Shown piece by piece: positions 50,812 through 64,000 of a stretch of DNA of 64,000 nucleotides. Under the pieces are notes generated by a model. It searched no databases. It had not been told where the DNA came from and was given only the letters and a program-made list of their open reading frames with translations. The DNA lies in the NCBI GenBank assembly GCA_009914755.4, contig CP086569.2, positions 14,368,001 through 14,432,000 on the forward strand. Direction: 5' to 3'. Position 1 is the stretch's first letter. Each line of letters begins with the position of its first letter. A program made the position numbers and the translations under genes. The stretch comes from the human T2T-CHM13v2.0 reference genome, Homo sapiens.

Positions 50812-53093
50812 TAGACATCAGCAAGAAGGTGGAATAAGATTTCCAAGCACTAACTTCTCTGCAGGACATCAATTTTAATGACTATCTACGTACATTTTCA
50901 TATATGTACACCTTCAAAGGTGCATAAGAAACCAGGTGAGAGATGATAGCACCTGGGTATAGCACAGAAGTAAAAACAGATGCATTAAAGAGGGTAGAAA
51001 GAAAGCTTTACCATCCCCTACGAGTTAGCAGAGTGTGGAGAGAGATGCTCATTGCTTAGGGAATGGAGAGGAAAATGTGCACTGAAATTTGCCTCAGACT
51101 CCAACACTAGGCCTACCCTTAGTAAAACCCAGTGCAAGACAGGCCCCAACATCCCCAGGCTCCAGGCTGGTACCTGGAGACCTGAATGCTGGGATCTTCA
51201 AGCCTGCTTCCCTTGCCAAGCAGAATTCCACAGCCCTAGGCTCCCAGGACTGCTTGTTCTACTTCCAGACCACCTTAGTGCCAGGTTTACCATAGACACC
51301 CCAGGCTCTTGAGCATTCCCAGCACCACAATGACACCCATGGCTGCAGGCCTCAAGCCCACCGCAACACCAGCTGGGCCTTAACAACCCCAGTCATTACA
51401 TGAAAACCCAAGAACCAAGCTTCCAAACCAGCCCATGTTGATATAAGCTCCAGGGCCTCCCAGGACATGGCAAGTTTGTGTGGCCTTAGTCCCTTACCTA
51501 CGGGGTGACCCTCCAAGCTCATCCAGGTACCAGGTGGGACCTGATAGCCCCTCCTTCCATAAATGTGTCCCAGCCCCAGCCTAGCCCCATTAGACTGAAG
51601 TTCTGGGCCTTTATCAATCCTAAACCATCTCCAGCAGCTTAAGTTCTGGAATGCCCTTAGCCCCAGTGTGGCTTCCACAGCCCTAGTAATCAGGTCAATA
51701 CCCACAGACCCAGACTCCAGACTGACCCAAACCCAGGCTCTGGGCCCATACCAGGTTTCTGACCAGCTCTGAGCCAGGTTGGCCTGCGCAGCCCAACCTC
51801 CAAGACTTCTAATGTCTACCTAGTTCCCATGGCTGCACCCTCTAGCCTTGCCTCTGCAGACCCACACTCCAGCAGACTTATTGTTCATGTGCTTTCAAAT
51901 AGACCTCAGCTCTGGACCAGCCCCCAGGTTTCAGGCTGGACCCTCGGCCCCAGAATCCAAGTCAGCCCTCACAGATCTGTCCTCTAGATTAGGACCCACA
52001 CATTCAGTCTCCAGCTTTGCCCAGGGGACTCAAGGTTTATGTTCATTCCCATGGCTCCAGGAACCAAGTAAGTACAGGCAATCTCAATTTCCAAGCTAGC
52101 CCCAATATCCCTAGGCTGCACAGGTGCCACAATGCCAGGCCAGACTCAGGTTCAGGCCAGTCTCCAGAGGACTCAGGATGCAGACCTGATCTTACAGACC
52201 CAGCGACAAGGCCTGATCCAGCAAATCCCAGTGTTAAGCTGTGTCTCACAGGCTGAGGCTCCAAAATTAGCCCTGTCAATCCTTCAGAAATGAAGGGGAG
52301 AAAAAGGCTACCAAACAAAAGGTGAGGGAGCTCGTCACCACCAGACAATGAGAAATGCCAGGAAAAACTTCAAGCTGAAAATTTAAAACAAAACTATTAA
52401 CAAAAAAAATGTGAAAATATAAAACTTACTGGACACTCGAATATCATAACAGTTTAAATATTTGGTATAAAGATGAAAAGACAAAACTATTTAAAATAAT
52501 AATAGCTACAATAATTTGTTAGGGAACACTCAATGTAAAAAGATGCAAAATACTCACCAGAAGCAAAATGTTAGGGGTGGAGTAAAAATGTTCATTTTCT
52601 TAATGCCTTCAAAGTTAAGTTGCTGTCAGCTTAAAATGGACTGTTTTAACCATGTTTTAGGAAAGTCTCATGATAACTACGAAACAAGAAGTACAGTACA
52701 TGCACAAAAGATAAAAAGTAAGGAATAAAATGGTACTACCTGAGGAAACCCAATCACCAAAGGGTTTGAGAGAGGAGGAAAGCAATAAAGGGTCTATAGA
52801 ATAATTTAAAAAAAACCCTAAATGACAGTAGTAAATTCTTATTTATTAATAATTTCCTTGCACATAGATAGACTAAAATCTCCAGTCAATAAACATACAA
52901 TGAAATACAAATAAACAATGACATAACTATACACTGCCTATGACAGACTCACTTCCCCTTTAATGACAATATCAATCTAAATAACACACACAGAGAGATG
53001 CTAAATCATACAGTGCTATAGCAACCTATGGACATATTCAAAGAGTTAAGGGAAAAAGGAATTTTTAAGGGAAAATACTAAGATTACATAATA

Positions 53094-53094
<1 letters not shown>
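50812..53094 (+). mobile_element. Older L1 (L1PB/L1MA-like) 5'UTR + ORF1 + start of EN region; interrupted at 53094 by the L1PA insertion and resuming at ~59440
   Basis: It has a periodic cccagg/ccagcc-rich long 5'UTR (51.05-52.3 kb). ORF1-like text follows (atgaaggggagaaaaaggctaccaaac...). EN text reads agactcacttcccctttaatgacaatatcaatctaaat. Confidence 0.65.
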
Positions 53095-59126
<6,032 letters not shown>

Positions 59127-59439
59127 TACATAATTTATTTTTAAACAATTATCTTTGGCCACAAGGAACAGTAACAATGGTGGCATCAGTCCAAGATTGG
59201 AAAGGCAATTAACTGGGCAAATGTCCTCACATAAGTATTTTTTTTTCTGTAAAGTTATTATAGCTTTTGTGCAAGGTTGTAGTTTCAGTAGTGTTTTGTC
59301 ATAGTTCTGGTTATCAGGTGTTTGTGCTAAGAATACTTCCTTCAGGCCCTGTCTGACTCCAATTTTCCACGGTTTGACAAAAGTAACTATTTTGATTCTA
59401 ACAGCTTTCACAAGACACATACACTGAAAGTAATGGGAT

Positions 59440-60143
59440 GGAAAAGATATTGCCTAAAAATGAAAACAGAACAGAAGACATTACCACATATTTTTAGAAA
59501 AAAGTAGATATTTAGTCAAAAACTGTGAAAAAAGACAAAGAAGGTCATTAAACAGTTACAGGATCAACTAATCAAGAGATTATGACACTTGTAAATATGT
59601 ACCCAGCATTAAAGCACCTACATATATAAAGAAAATATTAATAGATCTGAAATGAGATATAGATGCAAAGATAGTAGGGGACATCAATACCCCACTTTCA
59701 GCAACAGACAGATTATCCAGAGAGAAAATCATAAGGAAATATTGAACTTAAACTAAACTTTAGACTAAAAGGACTAATAAAAACAGTTGGAACACTTCAT
59801 GTAATAGAAGTAGAATGTACACTCTTCTCAAGCGCACATGGAAGATTTTCTAAGATAGATAATATATTAGGCCACAAAACAAGAGTTAACAAATTTAGTA
59901 TTGACATTATGTCAAGTAACTTTTTTGACCAAAATTGTATGAAACTAGAAATTAAAAATAGAAAATTTTAGAAATTTTGCAAATATGTAGAAATTAAGCA
60001 ACATGCTTCTGAAAATAAATAATAATCGTTGAAGAAATAAAAACTAAACAATGTAAATGACAAAAAAACTGAGTTGTTTTTTGAAAAACCAACAAAATTG
60101 AAAAACCTTTTACCTAGACTATCTCATGAAAAAAGAGAGAAGG
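59440..60143 (+). mobile_element. Continuation (ORF2 EN/early RT region) of the old L1 interrupted at 53094
   Basis: ...tagtaggggacatcaataccccactttcagcaacagacagattatccagagagaaaatcataaggaaat... (GDFNTPL motif region) ... accaacaaaattgaaaaaccttttacctagactatctcatgaaaaaagagagaagg. Confidence 0.65.
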
Positions 60144-60144
60144 G

Positions 60145-62706
60145 GGGATGAGGTTTAAGATGGCTGACTAGAAGCAGCAAGTGGGCAACACTTTCATAAA
60201 GACGAAATAAAGTAGCAAGTAAATAGTAGCTCTTCAAGTGGATATCTAAGATACCCCATCGGGATTCACCAACGTGGCAAAAGGACTCACAGAGAACAGA
60301 GCAAACCCAGGTAGCGGCCCACCCAGAACTGATGTGGAACTGGGAGAACCTCTCACACAATGAAAGGGTGAATGACTGAGGGTCCCCAGGGGATCCACAC
60401 TTCCCATATGGACCTTCAAATCCTAGGTATGGGTAATCTTCCCTGTCCCCCAGGTCTCTAAGACCAACATAGAGAGGTGCCTAGAGTTTTTGCAGAGCAT
60501 CACTCAAGCCCATGAGGAGCTTTGCCAGTCATGGAGCCCTGTGAACCCTAGCACCAGCTGCCATAACCACAATAGATACTGCAGTCACAGTGCCAAGGTT
60601 GGCTTGGGCTTTCAGCATAATGAACACACTGCCACCTGAATTCTGCAGGTGGACATAACTCTACATTCTCCTAGGAATCACCTGAACTGCAGACCATATG
60701 ATATCTTCTACCCCTGTCCTGCTGCTCCTAGCTAGGCAAGGCTCATTGGTTTAGGCTTCTAGTACAGTGACCTTGCCCCTTCCTGCACACTGGAGTGGAT
60801 CACAGCTCTGTGTTCTTCAGGGACAAACCTCTTAGAGGTAATAGACAATGCTTGACATTGCATGCCCCCAACAGTGAAGTTCAGGATTGTTCAGGTGGGA
60901 AGTATGAGCATGTCATCCACCCAACAGCTTACAGTCTTCATTGCCCCAGCTAAGAAATTCTGATCTCTCCAGTGAAAGGCTCATAGCATAGCCATTCTCT
61001 GCCTGCCTAAGTGTATTACCTGTGGCCCAGAGACCTTCTGAAATCCCAACCCCTACTGCCTTGTGATAGTCCCTCCACCACCTAAGCATTTGATTTGCCC
61101 TTGCCTGAAATTGACCCAGGGACCAGTCCATATCCCTGAGTTCACCCCCATACCACAGCCAGCATTTAATTCTTTACTGGCCTAACCCTGATTCAGCCTC
61201 CTCAGGAATTATACACATTTTTCACCGTGCCATCTAGGCATCTGGGTATTGAAGAATTAACTACCCAGTTTCAACTCTGTTATTACCCGACCATTTCTCT
61301 CAGGACTTGATGTTGTGCTGACCCAATCAGCCAACAACACCATGACCAACACCCATTCTTATGGGCTTAAAGGTCGAGCCCAACATTTACAAGCCCCACC
61401 TTTACAATTACACTCCCCGTCACCCATCCAAACAATGCTGAACTTTACTGTTGGTCATAAACAAAGGTGTCAAGCATTGTCCACTACCTTCATGAGTTTT
61501 GTCCCAGAGAAATGCAGGACTATTATCCACTGCAGTGCTCGGGTAGAGGTAGGGCCATTCTGCGCAGTATTGCTACATCAGAGAACAGGCAAGCCTTAAG
61601 GTTCTCAGTATTGGGTTGAGTGACAAGGATATGCCCTAATCCACTCCCATGAAGAGTTAAAAGTCATTCCTCATGGTTTCAACTACATTGCAGTTCAGAG
61701 ACAGACTACAGTGTGCATCTGAACTAGAAGTTATGAGCCCTGGAACAAAACAGTGATCAGGAAAGAGATTGCATTCTCGCCTATCTAGGATGGGAAAGCC
61801 AGAGAAGCCCCAAGAATCCACCTGTTTATCGACCTATGGAGGCCTCAGCATACTTCACCAGGAGCTTCTTCCAATCACCCTCGTCAGGGCTGATTCCTAC
61901 AGTAACCATTGGGATATGTATGGAAAAGTCAGAAGCCCCATTTCTGCCCAGATGTGTACTGCCACGTGTATAGAATAAGAAGCTTGGGAAATGGGTTTTC
62001 AACTCTTCAGTCCTTCATCTTAAATAATAAAAAATACCTCATAAAAAGCAAAAATCAGTTCCATGCCCATTTGCTTGTGCAGCACCTGGCTTTTACCTGC
62101 AAAGTAAAACTGTACAGCTCAATGGAAAACCTGCCAACAGAAGTTTTTAGGACTATGGAAGAAAGACCAAAAGACATTTTCCAACACAGTGCTCTCCAGA
62201 TGAGAAAAAGCCAGTGTAAGAATTCTGTCACCATGTAAAATCTGAATCTGAATGTTGTGACACCACCAAAGGCTTACCATTGTTCTCCAGCAATTGTCAC
62301 TAACTAAAATCTGCCATTGAGATGACAGATGCATAATTGAAACCACGGATTGCAGGGAAACTCGACATGATCCAAAGTAAGGTTGAAAATCAGCACTAAA
62401 AAACCTCCAAAGAAATCCAGGAAATAAAGGAAGAAATAATCATCTTAAAGGAAATCAATCAAAGCTACTGAACATAAAAAACTCACTTAAAGGATTTCAA
62501 AATACAACAGAAAGCTTTAACTGTAGACTCTACAAAGCAGAAGAAAGAATTTCAGAGCCTGAAGGCCGGTACTAAGTCAGTCAGACACAAATAAAGAAAA
62601 TAGAGTTTTAAAAATGCAATGAAGTCTCTAGGAAATGTAGGATTCTGTGAAGTGACTAAATTTCTGAATTATTGGCATTCCTGAAAGAGAAAGAAAAAGG
62701 TCAACA
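60145..62706 (+). mobile_element. Older L1 (L1PB-like) 5' end: long 5'UTR (to ~62.34 kb) plus ORF1 N-terminal part, interrupted at 62706 by a younger L1PA
   Basis: The start ggggggatgaggtttaagatggctgactagaagcagc is a typical old-L1 5' terminus containing a YY1-like aagatggc. ORF1-like text reads ...aaagaaatccaggaaataaaggaagaaataatcatcttaaaggaaatcaatcaaagctactgaac ... ggcattcctgaaagagaaag. Confidence 0.7.
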
Positions 62707-64000
62707 AGGAGGAGCCAAGATGGCCAAATAGGAACAGCTCCTATCTACAGCTCCCAGCCTGAGCGACGCAGAAGATGGGTGATTCCTGCATTTCCATCTG
62801 AGGTATCAGGTTCATCTCACTAGGGAGTGCCAGACAGTGGGCACAGGTCAGTGAGTGCACGCTCCGTGCGTGAGCAGAAGCAGGGTGAGGCATTGCCTTA
62901 CTCCGGAAGTGCAAGGGGTCAGGGAGTACCCTTTCCTAGTCAAAGAAAGGGGTGACGGACGGCACCTGGAAAATCGGGTCACTGCCACCCAAATACTGCG
63001 CTTTTCCGACGGGCTTAAAAACCAGCACACCACGAGATTATATCCCGCACCTGGCTTGGAGGGTCCTACCCCATGGAGTCTCACTGATTGCTAGCACAGC
63101 AGTCTGAGATCAAACGGCAAGGTGGCAGTGAGGCTGGGGGAGGGGAGCCCGCCATTGCCCAGGCTTGCTTAGGTAAACAAAGCAGCTGGGAAACTCGAAC
63201 TGGGTGGAGCCCACCACAGCTCAAGGAGGCCTGCGTGTCTCTGTAGGCTCCACCTCTGGGGGCAGGGCACAGACAAACAAAAAGACAGCAGTAAACTCTG
63301 CAGACTTAAATGTCCCTGTCAGACAGCTTTGAAGACAGCAGTGGTTCTCCCAGTACGCAGCTGGAGATCTGAGAATGGGCAGACTGCCTCCTCAAGTGGG
63401 TCCCTGACCCCTGACCCCTGAGCAGCCTAATTGGGAGGCACCCCCCAGAAGGGGAACACTGATACCTCACACTGCAGGGTACTCCAACAGACCTGCAGCT
63501 GAGGGTCCTGTCTGTTAGAAGGAAAACTAACAAACAGAAAGGACATCCACACCAAAAACCCATCTGTACATCACTATCATCAAAGACCAAAAGTGGATAA
63601 AACCACAAAGATGGGGAAAAAACAGAACAAAAAAACTGGAAACTCTAAAAAGCACAGCACCTCTCCTCCTCCAAAGGAATGCAGCTCCTCACCAGCAATG
63701 GAACAAAGCTGGATGGAGAATGACTTTGACGAGCTGAGAGAAGAAGGCTTCAGACGATCAAATTACTCTGAGCTATGGGAGGACATTCAAACCAAAGGCA
63801 AAGAAGTTGAAAACATTGAAAAAAATTTAGAAGAATGTATAACTAGAATAATCAATACAGAGAAGTGCTTAAAGGAGCTGATGGAGCTGAAAACCAAGGC
63901 TCAAGAACTACATGAAGAATGCAGAAGCCTCAGGAGCCGATGCGATCAACTGGAAGAAAGGGTATCAGCAATGGAAGATGAAATGAATGAAATGAAGTGA
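62707..64000 (+). mobile_element. Young L1PA (L1PA2-4-like) 5'UTR and ORF1 start, inserted in the older L1; continues beyond window end
   Basis: ggaggagccaagatggccaaataggaacagctcctatctacagctcccagcctgagcgacgcagaag ... is a near-consensus L1PA 5'UTR. ORF1 ATG at 63611 gives MGKKQNKKTGNSKKHSTSPPPKECSSSPAMEQSWMENDFDELREEGFRRSNYSELWEDIQTKGKEVENIEKNLEECITRIINTEKCLKELMELKTKAQELHEECRSLRSRCDQLEERVSAMEDEMNEMK. Confidence 0.9.
63611..64000 (+). pseudogene. L1 ORF1 with premature stop (TGA at 63998-64000 where the L1 consensus has CGA Arg)
   Basis: The ORF track ends this frame with a stop exactly at 64000 (135 aa + stop). Consensus ORF1p continues ...NEMKREGKFREKR. The CGA to TGA change is a CpG transition. 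Confidence 0.7.

Overview
This window is primate (human-like) nuclear DNA, not a prokaryotic locus. It carries Alu SINEs with poly-A tails and target-site duplications, and several LINE-1 elements, including L1PA-type sequence with recognisable ORF1p/ORF2p peptides. It is AT-rich, gene-poor and packed with retrotransposons: about 30 Alu copies and at least 10 L1 insertions, several nested inside one another. Three L1s are full-length or nearly so (21.7-29.8 kb minus, 40.1-48.1 kb plus, 53.1-59.1 kb minus). A young L1PA 5' end starts at 62.7 kb and runs off the window. The only clearly non-repeat functional signal is a CpG-rich promoter-like island at about 17.7-19.2 kb. It contains CCAAT, E-box, CRE-like and GC-box motifs. 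It also holds a candidate first coding exon on the minus strand (ATG at 18291, donor at 18202). A plus-strand candidate non-coding exon ends in a strong GTGAGT donor at 18096. A second candidate minus-strand coding exon with good splice sites lies at 8810-8918. I could not assign either candidate protein to a known gene by eye. I found no tRNA, rRNA, CRISPR array or prokaryote-style operon. No novel 'system' is evident. The points of interest are the candidate gene 5' end and the L1 nesting structure. All coordinates are judged by eye and are approximate to within about 10 bp.
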